64,000 bases of DNA, from contig OY759599.1 of assembly GCA_963662465.1 (NCBI GenBank), forward strand, positions 192,001 to 256,000, written 5' to 3'. Positions 27,757-37,994 of this stretch are shown here, piece by piece. Made by a program: the position numbers and the translations under genes. The DNA comes from Desulfatiglandales bacterium (GTDB lineage Bacteria; Desulfobacterota; DSM-4660; Desulfatiglandales; Desulfatiglandaceae). Positions within the stretch are counted from its first letter, which is position 1, and every line of letters starts with the position of its first letter. The notes below the pieces were generated by a model. The model was given only the letters and a program-made list of their open reading frames with translations. It had not been told where the DNA came from and did no database searches.

Positions 27757-29082
27757 TTATTGGTAATCGGGTTTGTAGCGGACCGGATCCAAACAGGTCA
27801 AGGCTTCGCCAACGGTGAAAAGAGAGCCGCAAACGACGATTAAATCCCTGGGCGATGCGATTTCCCGGGCTCTTACAAGGGCCTCCGCAAGGGTTGGGAT
27901 TACCTCTCCGGGCGTGTCCAATGGAAGCGCTTTTTCCATCAGAACGTGGGGGTCCGCCGCCCTTGAATAAACCGGTCGGGTATAGAGGACCCGATCGCTC
28001 ATGGGCACTATGGCGCGAAGCAGACCAAAGATATCCTTGTCCGCCATGATGCCGATGACCAGAATCATTCGTTCATATGAAAAGCAAGCCTTAATGGACC
28101 GGGCCAAAACCTTTACCGCGGCGGGATTGTGAGCGCCGTCAAGGAGGATTGTGGGATTTTCCTCGATCACCTGCATTCGACCCGCCCATGTCGCTTTTTT
28201 CAGGCCTTCCCGGATCTGATCGGTTGAAAGGGGAAAACCCTTTGTTTCGATTCGTTCCATCATCCCCAGGGCCAGGGCCGCGTTACGCGGCTGATGGATT
28301 CCCCGGAGGCCCAGTTCCAGGCCTTTGATGGTGCGGTTTTCTCCGAAGTAATGAAGGCCGGCCGCAGTGCTGCGGTATGTCATGTTTTTGCCCACCTGCC
28401 ACAGGGCTGCCCCTCTTTCCTCGGCGATGGCCTTCAACTGTTGAATGATTTGGGGCTGGGTAACGGACGTCACCACATCAACCCCTTTTTTAATGACCCC
28501 CGCCTTTTCTTCGGCAATCTGGGAAAGCCGGTTTCCCAGGTATTCTTGATGTTCCATGGAAATGTTGGTAATGCCGGTAACCAAGGGGGTAATCACATTG
28601 GTGGCATCGAGTCTTCCGCCCATTCCCACTTCCATGATGGCCACATCCGTTTCCTCCCTTGCAAAATATAGGATTGCCATGGCCGTTACGGCTTCAAAAA
28701 AGGTGGGCGGTTCGTCGGGGTTGAAGGCGGCCCGCAATTCGTCAATTAATCGGGCGGTTTTTTCTCGGCTGATCTCTTCGCCATTGATCTTGAAACGTTC
28801 CGTGAATCGCACCAGGTGGGGCGAAACATACATGCCGACTTTAAAGCCCGCCTCCCGGAGCATGGACCCCAGGAAGGTTGCCACAGATCCTTTTCCGTTG
28901 GTGCCGGCGATGTGGATGTAGTTTTGGCCAAGGTGGGGATTTCCGAATGCCTTCAGCAGATTCTCAGTCTTTGAAAGCCCGAACTTTATGCCGAATTTCT
29001 GAAGACTGAAAAGATATTGAATTGCCGCTTCATAGGTTCCCAAGGTTGCATTTTCGGATTTATCAGAATTTTTCATATTCAT
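27757..29082 (-). CDS. folC: folylpolyglutamate synthase/dihydrofolate synthase
   Basis: HIAGTNGKGS, SPHL, EVGMGGRLDATN, DGAHNP and GSLF motifs. Confidence 0.95.
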   Translation of the reverse strand: MNMKNSDKSENATLGTYEAAIQYLFSLQKFGIKFGLSKTENLLKAFGNPHLGQNYIHIAGTNGKGSVATFLGSMLREAGFKVGMYVSPHLVRFTERFKINGEEISREKTARLIDELRAAFNPDEPPTFFEAVTAMAILYFAREETDVAIMEVGMGGRLDATNVITPLVTGITNISMEHQEYLGNRLSQIAEEKAGVIKKGVDVVTSVTQPQIIQQLKAIAEERGAALWQVGKNMTYRSTAAGLHYFGENRTIKGLELGLRGIHQPRNAALALGMMERIETKGFPLSTDQIREGLKKATWAGRMQVIEENPTILLDGAHNPAAVKVLARSIKACFSYERMILVIGIMADKDIFGLLRAIVPMSDRVLYTRPVYSRAADPHVLMEKALPLDTPGEVIPTLAEALVRAREIASPRDLIVVCGSLFTVGEALTCLDPVRYKPDYQ

Positions 29083-29203
29083 CCATAATAAAGGTTATAT
29101 TATATCACCTTTCACTTTTCACATCGGCATACTTGCTAAATTTCAGGTGTTTTGTCAATCCAAAACACCTTCATTTCAGGTACGGCGATTTGAACAGGGA
29201 CAC

Positions 29204-31354
29204 TCAAATCTTTTCCAGGGTGGTGTAGGCCATGTGCAACAGCTTCCTTCCGGCGGTTTTGAAAAATATCTCCACCTTATCGCCCGCAACGAATTTGGAA
29301 ACGACCCCGGGGCCAAAGGCCGGGTGTCTCACCCGGTCGCCCTGGGAAAAGGGATGAGATGAGTTTTTGATGATCGGTGTGTTTTTGGGTTCGAGCCGCG
29401 CAGATGCTTCGAAGGCGCCAAACCGCGAGGCCCTTGCCGATTCGTGAGAGTAGACGTCAGGGGGGAGGGAGGTGATAAAAGAGGAGAGCCCTTCCCCACA
29501 GGTATTGTAGTTGGACCAGGCAGGCCGTTCCGAACCGGGGTACGAGATCATCAACCGGTCTTTGGCCCGGGTGGTTGCCACATACATCAGGCGGCGCTCT
29601 TCTTCCAGGTCGAGAGGATTGTTGTAGCTCCTGGCGGACGGAAATTTTCCTTCCATGACCCAGATGACAAAGACCTCCGGCCATTCAAGCCCTTTTGAGG
29701 AGTGAACCGTGGACAGGGTCAGTTTCTGTTTTTCCCTTCCCTGGATGATATCCTCTGAACTGCCGGGGGGGTCCAGAACCAGATCATCCAGGAAAGACCT
29801 GAGCTTTCCATAACGTTCAGCCATGGGGGCCAGCTGCGCCAGTTCTTTTTCACGTCTCGGGTAGTCGTCGTATCGCTCCCTGAGAACCGGGATATAATAG
29901 GCCATCACCTGGCTGACCGCTTCTTCGGGCGTCAGGTGCTGGGGCGAAAGCCGTTCAAGCAGCGCCCCCAGCGGTTTAAGACCGGTATCCCTTTTCCCCA
30001 GTTTGGGCCATTTGACCAGATCGTGGGGGGGTATCCGGTTGTCTTTCATCCATTTGATGATGGTTTGGCTCTTTCCCTGCCCGATGTTCTTAACCAGCCT
30101 GAGTATTCGAAGCCAGCTGACGGTTTCGTCAGGGTTTACCATGACCCGCATGTGGGCCAGAAAATCCTTGATATGGGCGGATTCCAGGAATTTGAAGCCG
30201 CCGTGTTTTGTGTAGGGGATGTTGTGCCGGGTCAATTCCGCTTCCAGCTCGAAAGAGTGATAAGCCGCCCGGAAAAGAACCGCGAAGTCCTGAAGGTTGC
30301 CGCCTTCCGCCATGGCCCGCCGCAGATATCCGGAAATATACGCCGCCTGTTCCTGTTCCGTATGGGTGTCGATCACTTTGGGTTTATCTCCGCCCTCCCG
30401 TTCGGTAAACAGGCATTTGGCGTATTTTTCGTTCGCATGGTCCATCAAGGCGTTGGTGAGCGCCAGGATCGGTTGAGTGGACCGGTAATTCTGTTCCAGT
30501 TTGATCACTTTGGTTTTGGGAAACGTTTTCGGAAAGTCCAGCATGTTTCTGAAATTGGCGCCGCGAAAGGAGTATATGGATTGGGAATCATCACCTACCG
30601 CCATGACATTTTGATGCTCATGGGCCAGCCATTTGATGATGTCCGCCTGAATGCAGTTGGTGTCCTGGTATTCGTCGACCATCACATATGCGTATTTTTC
30701 ACTCAGTTCCTTTCGAATCGCGCTGTTTTCCATGAGAAGATTTCGAAAACAGATAATGAGATCATCGTAGTCCATAAGTTGATGGGTTTTTTTGTAAACG
30801 GCATACAACGCGCTCAGATTTTGTATGTGGGGCGCCACTTCCATGAATTGCCCATATTCATTGAGCATGAGTTCTTCAACCGGCTGCTGTAGATTAGCGG
30901 CTTTGCTGATGATATTGGCCAGGGTGCCCCGTTTGGGAAATCTCGGCGGCTTTCCATCCATTTTGAGGTCGGGAATCAGGGTCCGGAGAACTTCCTCCAT
31001 GTCCGAGCGGTCCAGGATGGTGAAGCTGTTGGCGTAGCCTAAGGCCTTGGCATGGGTTCTGAGGACCTTGAAGGCAAGGCCGTGAAATGTGCCGCCGGAA
31101 ACAAACCGGCATCTCGTGTCGGACAATTCCGATGCCCGATCCAGCATTTCCTGAGCGCTTTTCCGGGTAAAGGTCAGCAGGAGAATGGACTCGGGCGGAA
31201 TCCCGGATTCCACCAGGCGGGCCACGCGATAAATCAAGGTTCTGGTTTTTCCGCTTCCGGCGCCCGCGATGACGAGGACGGGTCCCTTAAGGGTCGTGAC
31301 GGCTTCCAGTTGGGCAGGGTTTAAAAGGTTTTCGTAATCAATTTCGTGGGTCAA
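29204..31354 (-). CDS. UvrD/PcrA family SF1 DNA helicase
   Basis: AGAGSGKT, VDEYQDTN, GDDSQSIY, QNYRS, TVHSSKGLEW and EERRLMYVATTRA motifs; C-terminal Tudor-like RVRHPAFGPG. Confidence 0.93.
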   Translation of the reverse strand: MTHEIDYENLLNPAQLEAVTTLKGPVLVIAGAGSGKTRTLIYRVARLVESGIPPESILLLTFTRKSAQEMLDRASELSDTRCRFVSGGTFHGLAFKVLRTHAKALGYANSFTILDRSDMEEVLRTLIPDLKMDGKPPRFPKRGTLANIISKAANLQQPVEELMLNEYGQFMEVAPHIQNLSALYAVYKKTHQLMDYDDLIICFRNLLMENSAIRKELSEKYAYVMVDEYQDTNCIQADIIKWLAHEHQNVMAVGDDSQSIYSFRGANFRNMLDFPKTFPKTKVIKLEQNYRSTQPILALTNALMDHANEKYAKCLFTEREGGDKPKVIDTHTEQEQAAYISGYLRRAMAEGGNLQDFAVLFRAAYHSFELEAELTRHNIPYTKHGGFKFLESAHIKDFLAHMRVMVNPDETVSWLRILRLVKNIGQGKSQTIIKWMKDNRIPPHDLVKWPKLGKRDTGLKPLGALLERLSPQHLTPEEAVSQVMAYYIPVLRERYDDYPRREKELAQLAPMAERYGKLRSFLDDLVLDPPGSSEDIIQGREKQKLTLSTVHSSKGLEWPEVFVIWVMEGKFPSARSYNNPLDLEEERRLMYVATTRAKDRLMISYPGSERPAWSNYNTCGEGLSSFITSLPPDVYSHESARASRFGAFEASARLEPKNTPIIKNSSHPFSQGDRVRHPAFGPGVVSKFVAGDKVEIFFKTAGRKLLHMAYTTLEKI

Positions 31355-31372
31355 GGTGATTTTCCTTATCTT

Positions 31373-32188
31373 TTAATAGAGAAGCATGAGCAGGGGGCCC
31401 AGGGAGAGGATCAATAAACCGAAAAAAATGAAAACCGGCAATAAAAAGGCCATAATGGCCCTCAAATAGGAGATGTGATGGACTTCGTGAAGGCCTGCAA
31501 TCTGAATGGTCAGTCTCCAAAAGGTTCCGATCCAACTGCCGATAAAGGGTATGATATTCCATGCCAGGGCTGCCTGGGAATAGGCCACCACCTTGAATGT
31601 GGCGTTGAATCCTTCTTTCCCTCCCCGCACAATCAGCAGCATCAAATGTAGAATGCCGCTGTAAAAGAACATCTTCAAGACGACGGCAATCGGGATTGCC
31701 GCCATGAGAATCACTATCCAGATGCCGTCTATTTGACCCAAAAAAGTTTCACCAAACGGCATAAGCCCCCCGGAAAATAACAGCACGGACCAGAAAAAGG
31801 CCAGCATGTCCCCGAGGCCTCCGAGTAAAAGGCCGAAGGTCAGCGATGCTTTGAGCCCGTTTTCAGGGGTTTGGGTTCCGAAAAACCGGCCGGGTTGAAA
31901 AAGTACCTTTTTAGTGGTCGGCAAAATGCTGTTCAAAAATCCCGGGTCGCCCTGGTTTTCCAGTGGGGCGTCATGGGTGTCGGAATCCCTTTGAAATTGC
32001 GGTTTGGGGGTGTTTGAGTCAGAATGTTTCGGCGATTTTTCTCTGGGGATATCCGGCTGGTCCTGGCGTAAAAACGGGAATTTCTCTTGACAGCGCGGAC
32101 AGACCGCCATTTTCGCCGTGGCGGGGATCTTTTTTTCGGAGAGTTTTTTTGAAAAGCCGCAAAAAGGGCAGATCAGTTGAACGCTCAC
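31373..32188 (-). CDS. zinc-ribbon plus YIP1 family membrane protein
   Basis: CPFC...CPRC N-terminus followed by about five hydrophobic helices. Confidence 0.75.
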   Translation of the reverse strand: MSVQLICPFCGFSKKLSEKKIPATAKMAVCPRCQEKFPFLRQDQPDIPREKSPKHSDSNTPKPQFQRDSDTHDAPLENQGDPGFLNSILPTTKKVLFQPGRFFGTQTPENGLKASLTFGLLLGGLGDMLAFFWSVLLFSGGLMPFGETFLGQIDGIWIVILMAAIPIAVVLKMFFYSGILHLMLLIVRGGKEGFNATFKVVAYSQAALAWNIIPFIGSWIGTFWRLTIQIAGLHEVHHISYLRAIMAFLLPVFIFFGLLILSLGPLLMLLY

Positions 32189-32457
32189 TTTCTCTCTCCT
32201 TTATGCTGTTTATTGCGTTTGCTGAGTTCTTTTTTGTCGGACCAGCGTTTCAGGCGGCCCAGAAATCCGCCCGAAGACGATCGATCCAGGGCTTCACTTC
32301 TCAGTTGAAAGCCTGATTCAGTTTGCAGGGCTGCCTGTAAACATTCTTTTCGATCATCGCATTGGAAACATTCGGGCACAATTTCCCTGAGGCCTTCATT
32401 TCCCATGGGAAAGACGTTATCCAGAATTCCGAAGCAGTCTTTATGGGGATGATTCAT
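32185..32457 (-). CDS. small Cys-containing hypothetical protein
   Basis: DCFG..., CFQC....CL; 4-bp overlap with the next gene; start 32457 or 32466. Confidence 0.65.
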   Translation of the reverse strand: MNHPHKDCFGILDNVFPMGNEGLREIVPECFQCDDRKECLQAALQTESGFQLRSEALDRSSSGGFLGRLKRWSDKKELSKRNKQHKGERK

Positions 32458-32482
32458 GACGTTCACGCCTTATTTACCTTTA

Positions 32483-32534
32483 GTGAAAAGTGAATGGTGA
32501 AAAGTCTCTTCACTCTTCACTCTTCACTCTTCAA
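32483..32534. repeat. heptamer inverted-repeat hairpin: 3x GTGAAWR followed by 4x TCTTCA(C/A)
   Basis: Same repeat family and layout as 1790-1862. Confidence 0.85.
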
Positions 32535-32626
32535 TGTCGGCAATATACACTATTTGTTTGGATGAATAAACCCTGATCTTAAAATAAAAGGCAACCGTGA
32601 ACCATAAACCGTTGCTGGTAATTCCG

Positions 32627-32655
32627 TTGACATGGGGAACATGAAATCCTATGAT
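32627..32655 (+). promoter_or_regulatory. sigma-70 promoter
   Basis: TTGACA-N17-TATGAT, 7 nt upstream of ATG 32663. Confidence 0.7.
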
Positions 32656-32662
32656 TCAAACC

Positions 32663-33265
32663 ATGGAAAGAGAAACCAAAGTTTATCTGGTCCGGCACGG
32701 TCAGGTTAAAAACTATGAAGAAATTCCCATATACGGTCACACGGATGTGGATTTGACCGAAATCGGGGTGCTTCAGTTGGAGAAGGTGGCTGAACGTCTT
32801 CGTTCGGCGGAAATCGGGACTATTTTTGCCAGCGATCTTAAACGGGCTGAAACCGGCGCCCGTCAGATCGGTTCCCATCATCATGTGCCGATTCGTTCTA
32901 TCCCCGAGCTTCGGGAGATGTATTTCGGCGACTGGGAAGGATCCAACCTGGGGAAAATCATCAAAAATTACCCGGAGGAACTGGAGAAAAGAAAAAGAGA
33001 TCCTGTCCATTACGCCTGTCCGGGGGGCGGCGAGTCCATTTCCCAATTGTCGGACAGGGTCATGCCGGTTTTCGAGAGAATACGGGGTGAAGAAGCCGGA
33101 AAAGAGATTGTTATCGTGGCCCATGGTGGTGTTACCCGGGTCATTTTGTGCCATGCATTAGGGCTTGATCTATCCCGCATGTTCAATATTCAACAAGATT
33201 ATGGGTGCTTGAACATCATCGATTTTTTTCCTGATTCGACCCTGGTTCGACTGATCAATGGATGA
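32663..33265 (+). CDS. histidine phosphatase family protein (CobC/alpha-ribazole phosphatase-like)
   Basis: LVRHG, SDLKRA, LREMYFGDWEG and VAHGGV motifs. Confidence 0.85.
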   Translation: MERETKVYLVRHGQVKNYEEIPIYGHTDVDLTEIGVLQLEKVAERLRSAEIGTIFASDLKRAETGARQIGSHHHVPIRSIPELREMYFGDWEGSNLGKIIKNYPEELEKRKRDPVHYACPGGGESISQLSDRVMPVFERIRGEEAGKEIVIVAHGGVTRVILCHALGLDLSRMFNIQQDYGCLNIIDFFPDSTLVRLING

Positions 33266-35522
33266 GGATGATGATGTCGGTAGGGGGAGTTCGGAGAGGA
33301 TGCACGGCAATGTTGAACCAAGCCCTCGTGCTGCTGTAAACGACGTCAAGATGACGGATGGGCCGAAAACGGCGATTCCCGATCTTGTGGCTAAAAATGG
33401 TCTTTCAACGTCAAACGGGGTTGAAGAAATTCTGGAGCGGGCCGCTTCACTGCGGGAATTGGGTTTGTTGGGCAAAGCGGCAATTGAATATGAAAGCCTT
33501 CTGAAAACGGATTGTCCGCCCTCAAAAATCATTCCGGCAATTATGGCCTGCCTTTCAAAAACCCATTCTCCCTCGAAGATCATCAACAGAATCGATGATA
33601 TCGTTAATGGGTTGCGGTTAAGCGATTTGAGGATCGCCCAGATCAGGTTTATCCTCGGGCTGGAAAATGAAATCCGGGGGCATGAAGATCTTGCCCTGGA
33701 AATGTACAAGGCCGCTTCAGAAGCGGACCCCAAAAACGAAAAGATCAAACAGAAAATTAAGCAGGTCATTTCAAAATTATATTCCGGTTCCAGATATGAT
33801 TATCTGCTTCGGAAAAAAACCATCACCTCCGACCAGCTTCGAACAGCGTTGGCACTTTCCAAAAAGACAAATCAAAGCGTTGAACACCTGTTGATTGAAC
33901 ATTTCAATCTTCCGAAAAGCGAGGTGGGAAAGTCGCTCTCTCTTTTTTATGGATGTCCTTTCAGGTCTTTTGATCCCGATATTGCGGTTCCCGTGGAACT
34001 GATTGGAAATTTGAAAAAGACCTTTCTGCTGCACGATTTGTGGGTTCCCATGAGTTGGGGAAAGCAGGGTGTGGAGATTCTGATCGATGATCCGGGAGAC
34101 CTTAGGAAAACCGGTCAGATCCGGGGATTGACCAAAACCACCAAGATTATTTTTTCCGTGGGCATCAGGGAAGATATCGAAAAATACGTTCTCCATTTTT
34201 TTGACAAGAAGGCTGAAGCATCCGCAGAAGATATGATATCCGAACTGGATATGATTCCCGACATCTCTTTTGAAGAGGAGGAAGACGATGATCCGGAGGA
34301 AGACGATCTTTTAAACGAAGACTCCAGCCAGGTGGTTCGGCTGGTGGATCAAATTATTATCAACGCCTACAGAAGCAATGCCTCTGATATTCACATCGAA
34401 CCATCGCCCGAGACTCGGAAAACCAGAATTCGATTCAGAATGGATGGCGTTTGCCAGGAATACGCACAGGTTCCCGAGTATATGTCACGAGGAATCCTTT
34501 CGCGAATAAAAATCATGGCGGGTCTCGATATCGCCGAGAGGCGTTTGCCCCAGGATGGGAAACTAAAGTTCAGGCGAAAAGGGGTGCCTCCCTTCGAACT
34601 TCGACTGGCGACCATTCCCACTGCGGGCGACCGTGAAGATGCGGTTTTGAGGCTTCTGGCCCGTGCCGGGGCCATGGCTTTTTCCGATATGGGGTTAAAC
34701 GAGCGAAACATGCGAATTATGGAACGAATTCTCGAACAACCCTACGGGATGATTCTGGTGGTGGGACCTACGGGTTCGGGGAAAACGACCACGCTGCATT
34801 CCGCCCTCGGCCGCATCAACAAACCCGGCATTAAAATCTGGACGGCCGAAGATCCGGTGGAGATTACTCAGGAAGGACTCAGGCAGGTGGAGGCGAAACC
34901 TAAAATCGGTCTTGATTTCCCGAGGATCATGCGTTCTTTTTTAAGGGCCGACCCCGATGTGATTATGATCGGCGAGATGCGGGATTTTGAAACGGCATCC
35001 ATCGGGATTGAGGCATCCCTCACCGGACATCTGGTTTTTTCCACGCTTCATACCAACAGCGCTCCCGAAACCGTGACCCGACTCCTGGATATGGGGTTGA
35101 ACCCTCTCAACTTCTCGGATTCCCTGTTGGGGGTCCTGGCCCAGCGTCTGATTCGAAGGCTGTGCCCCAAGTGCAAGAAGCAATACCATCCCACCCGGGA
35201 GGAATTTGATGAGATCGCGGCTGAGTACGGTCTTGAAGTTTTCGCGAAAACCAATATCCAATACACCCCTGAACTGACCTTGTATCGTCCCTGGAAATGC
35301 GATGCCTGTTCCGGGACCGGCTATAAAGGGCGTTTGGGGATACATGAATTGCTGGAAGGAACCCCGGAGATCAAAAAACTCATCAAAAAAAGGGCGACTT
35401 CCGAGGATCTTTTGAAGGTCAGTGTAAATCAAGGGATGACGACGCTCAAACAGGATGGTATTATGAAGGCCTTTTTAGGGTCGACGGATATGAGTGAAGT
35501 GAGACGGGTCTGTATTAATTGA
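33258..35522 (+). CDS. GspE/PilB family ATPase with N-terminal TPR-like region
   Basis: ASDIHIEP, RLPQDG, GPTGSGKT, EDPVE, MIGEMRD, STLHTN and CPKC/CDAC zinc motif. Confidence 0.92.
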   Translation: MDEDDDVGRGSSERMHGNVEPSPRAAVNDVKMTDGPKTAIPDLVAKNGLSTSNGVEEILERAASLRELGLLGKAAIEYESLLKTDCPPSKIIPAIMACLSKTHSPSKIINRIDDIVNGLRLSDLRIAQIRFILGLENEIRGHEDLALEMYKAASEADPKNEKIKQKIKQVISKLYSGSRYDYLLRKKTITSDQLRTALALSKKTNQSVEHLLIEHFNLPKSEVGKSLSLFYGCPFRSFDPDIAVPVELIGNLKKTFLLHDLWVPMSWGKQGVEILIDDPGDLRKTGQIRGLTKTTKIIFSVGIREDIEKYVLHFFDKKAEASAEDMISELDMIPDISFEEEEDDDPEEDDLLNEDSSQVVRLVDQIIINAYRSNASDIHIEPSPETRKTRIRFRMDGVCQEYAQVPEYMSRGILSRIKIMAGLDIAERRLPQDGKLKFRRKGVPPFELRLATIPTAGDREDAVLRLLARAGAMAFSDMGLNERNMRIMERILEQPYGMILVVGPTGSGKTTTLHSALGRINKPGIKIWTAEDPVEITQEGLRQVEAKPKIGLDFPRIMRSFLRADPDVIMIGEMRDFETASIGIEASLTGHLVFSTLHTNSAPETVTRLLDMGLNPLNFSDSLLGVLAQRLIRRLCPKCKKQYHPTREEFDEIAAEYGLEVFAKTNIQYTPELTLYRPWKCDACSGTGYKGRLGIHELLEGTPEIKKLIKKRATSEDLLKVSVNQGMTTLKQDGIMKAFLGSTDMSEVRRVCIN

Positions 35523-35550
35523 TGATCCAGCGTACCGGGAGGTATTGACC

Positions 35551-36339
35551 ATGGCAAAGAAGGCTCTGGTTGTGGATAATGATTTTTTCTTTGTGGAATT
35601 CCTTGCCGAACTTCTTGAAAATAGGGGATATGAGGTGGTTAAGGCCTATGATGGCAAAGAAGGCATTACAAAGCTGGATGAAGCGACGTTTAACGTCCTT
35701 TTTGCCGATCTTATCATGCCCAAAATCGATGGATTACAGTTGATCAAATTTGCACGCAGGAAGTTTTCCCATGGCAAGTTTGCCATTATTGCGGTTTCAG
35801 GTACCCTGATTGAGCAGATGGAAGATGTCAAAAATATCGGTGCGGATTATTGTGTGGTAAAGGGGCCGCTGGAAACAATGACGCGTACCCTCAATGATGT
35901 TTTGGATAATCTGGAGATTCGCGGCGATCTTGAATCACCCCATGGCTTTGTTGATTCCGGGAATCTGTATCCCCGCCAGGCTACCGTGGAGCTGGTTAAG
36001 GAAATGAAATTTCAGAGGGCGGTCCATGATAGTATCGGAATCGGCATTCTGGTCCTCGACAAAGATGCCAGGGTCATGAGCGCCAATGCCATGGCCCTGG
36101 AACTCCTTAATAAACCCCTTGAAGATGTGTTGAACCAGCGGATTACCGCCATTTTTCCTAAGGGAGAACAGGGTCGATTGGTTCATGCGCTTAAGGATGT
36201 GGCCAAGAATCTGAATTTAAGGAAGCGCAGTCTTTTCTTGACCCGCGGGTTCGAGGAAATAAGACTGGTGGTATCGGTTCTTAAAATGGGCAACGACCTG
36301 GAAGGATGGGTCCTGGCAATGGAGGATAAAAACCCATGA
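35551..36339 (+). CDS. response regulator with C-terminal PAS-like domain
   Basis: REC (ADLIMPKIDG) followed by GILVLD...SANAMA PAS; GGAGG RBS. Confidence 0.82.
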   Translation: MAKKALVVDNDFFFVEFLAELLENRGYEVVKAYDGKEGITKLDEATFNVLFADLIMPKIDGLQLIKFARRKFSHGKFAIIAVSGTLIEQMEDVKNIGADYCVVKGPLETMTRTLNDVLDNLEIRGDLESPHGFVDSGNLYPRQATVELVKEMKFQRAVHDSIGIGILVLDKDARVMSANAMALELLNKPLEDVLNQRITAIFPKGEQGRLVHALKDVAKNLNLRKRSLFLTRGFEEIRLVVSVLKMGNDLEGWVLAMEDKNP

Positions 36340-37595
36340 GTCGAACAAGTATCAGAAATAAACTTATTCTCAGCTTCCTCATTTTACTCCTGCTGCTGAT
36401 GATGGTGGTGGCTGTCATTAACCGGCTGACCCATGACTTTTATACGGCACAGGCCATTTCCGTTGCACTGGCCCTGGCCGCGGGCGTCGTTTTCGGGAGC
36501 TTTTTTTCCAGATCCATCGTGCGCCGTTTGAACAGCTTGAGCAGCGTGGCCCGAGAGGTCAGCAGAGGTGATCTTTCAAAGGACATCCCCTTGCTGAGCC
36601 AAGATGAAATTCGGGATCTGGAAGAGGTCTTCGCGTCAATGGTTATTGATCTTCGAGAGATGATTTCGGATATTAAAAACGTTTCTGGTAAAATGGAGGA
36701 AACCAATAAAACGCTCAGTGCCCTGGCGAAAAAGGTTTTGGTCAGCAGTGAGGGCATTGATCAATCGGCCATGGCCATTGCCAAGGGGTCGGAACAGCAG
36801 ACCATGATTGTTCAGAAGACATCTCTGATCATTAACAACAGCCTCGACCAGATGGATGCGGCGGGTCGGCAGTCAGCCAAGACGGTATCGAAAATCAACA
36901 ATGCACTGGTGAAGACGGAAAGCGGCGAAACCAAAGCCCGGGAAACCCTGGGGTACCTTGAAAACGTTCTCAAACAGATGGTGGAAAATGCAAAACCCAT
37001 CTACCGGTTGAGCAACAAGGTGGAAAAGATCAGGATGGTCATGCATGTTATGGACGAAGTCGCTCAGAAAACGGATCTCCTTTCTCTGAATGCTTCCATC
37101 GAGGCCACCCGGGCCGGTGAAATGGGAAAAGGATTTGCACTGGTGGCCAATGAGATCCGGAACATGGCGGAAAACTCCAAGCAGTCTTCCCGGGAGATCA
37201 AACGGATCGTGGATGATATATTTCAGGACAACAAGGCAGTGATTGAGGCTCTCCGGAAGAGCGAAGAAGATATAGGGAAGGGGCGCGGCATCATTACCGG
37301 CATGGTCGGCACTTTTAAGGAGATGCTTTCAGGCGTTGCGGAAATCTCTTCCGAGGTCAAGGGGGTAGAAGACGTGACTCGACACCAGGTCAAGGAAATA
37401 CGCGGGTTGCTCGATCACTTTGAGGAGCTTTCACGGTTGGCCCAGGAAAATTTTGTGTCCACCCAGAAGACCACCGTGGGGACCCGAAGCCAGAAGGAGG
37501 GGATGAAGGAGATTGTAGAATTAATGCAGTCTTTGAATGCGCTTTCAGATAGGATGATGGCATCTCAGCGGCGTTTCAGGCTTCGTGGGGACTAG
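36336..37595 (+). CDS. methyl-accepting chemotaxis protein lacking a periplasmic sensor
   Basis: Two adjacent TM helices, HAMP, and QKTDLLSLNASIEATRAGEMGKGFALVANEIR. Confidence 0.92.
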   Translation: MSRTSIRNKLILSFLILLLLLMMVVAVINRLTHDFYTAQAISVALALAAGVVFGSFFSRSIVRRLNSLSSVAREVSRGDLSKDIPLLSQDEIRDLEEVFASMVIDLREMISDIKNVSGKMEETNKTLSALAKKVLVSSEGIDQSAMAIAKGSEQQTMIVQKTSLIINNSLDQMDAAGRQSAKTVSKINNALVKTESGETKARETLGYLENVLKQMVENAKPIYRLSNKVEKIRMVMHVMDEVAQKTDLLSLNASIEATRAGEMGKGFALVANEIRNMAENSKQSSREIKRIVDDIFQDNKAVIEALRKSEEDIGKGRGIITGMVGTFKEMLSGVAEISSEVKGVEDVTRHQVKEIRGLLDHFEELSRLAQENFVSTQKTTVGTRSQKEGMKEIVELMQSLNALSDRMMASQRRFRLRGD

Positions 37596-37598
37596 GGG

Positions 37599-37994
37599 AT
37601 GGACATTTTTATTTTTGCGGCGGCGAAAAAATATATCGGTATCGAGGCCAAATACATCTACCGCATAGCGGATCACGTGAAAATTGTACCCGTGCCTTTG
37701 ACGCCTACCTGCTATGAGGGCTTGATCTACTACCGGGGAGATCTATTCGACGTGATCGATATGGGACGCCTGATGGAAAATAACCCGTCATCGCTTCACG
37801 GAGACCCTTATATTATCCTGCTGAAATGGGACAGCGGAAAGCTGGGCTTAATCCCGGACAGGATTGTGGGCATGAAGTGGATTGAAGAAGACAGCGGAAA
37901 ACGGGCTGTCTTTAATCGACAAGGGGATGTGGCAATCCTGATGACGCCCGATGAAATCTGGAAGATACTGGCAGGGTTGGCCTATGGAACTTGA
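37599..37994 (+). CDS. cheW: CheW-like adaptor
   Basis: PVPLTP..EGLIYYRG..VID and LGLIPDRIVG motifs; lies between the MCP and CheA genes. Confidence 0.75.
   Translation: MDIFIFAAAKKYIGIEAKYIYRIADHVKIVPVPLTPTCYEGLIYYRGDLFDVIDMGRLMENNPSSLHGDPYIILLKWDSGKLGLIPDRIVGMKWIEEDSGKRAVFNRQGDVAILMTPDEIWKILAGLAYGT

Noticed and set aside
29936..30892. 318-aa plus-strand ORF (likewise 23867-24820, 49838-50848, 62203-63150, 11785-12570)
   Set aside because: Each lies antisense to a conserved gene, as expected from codon bias, and has no domain signature.
29204..31354. UvrD or RecQ helicases as parts of an anti-phage system
   Set aside because: Both have housekeeping architecture and neighbours, and no adjacent nuclease or defence-type partner genes.
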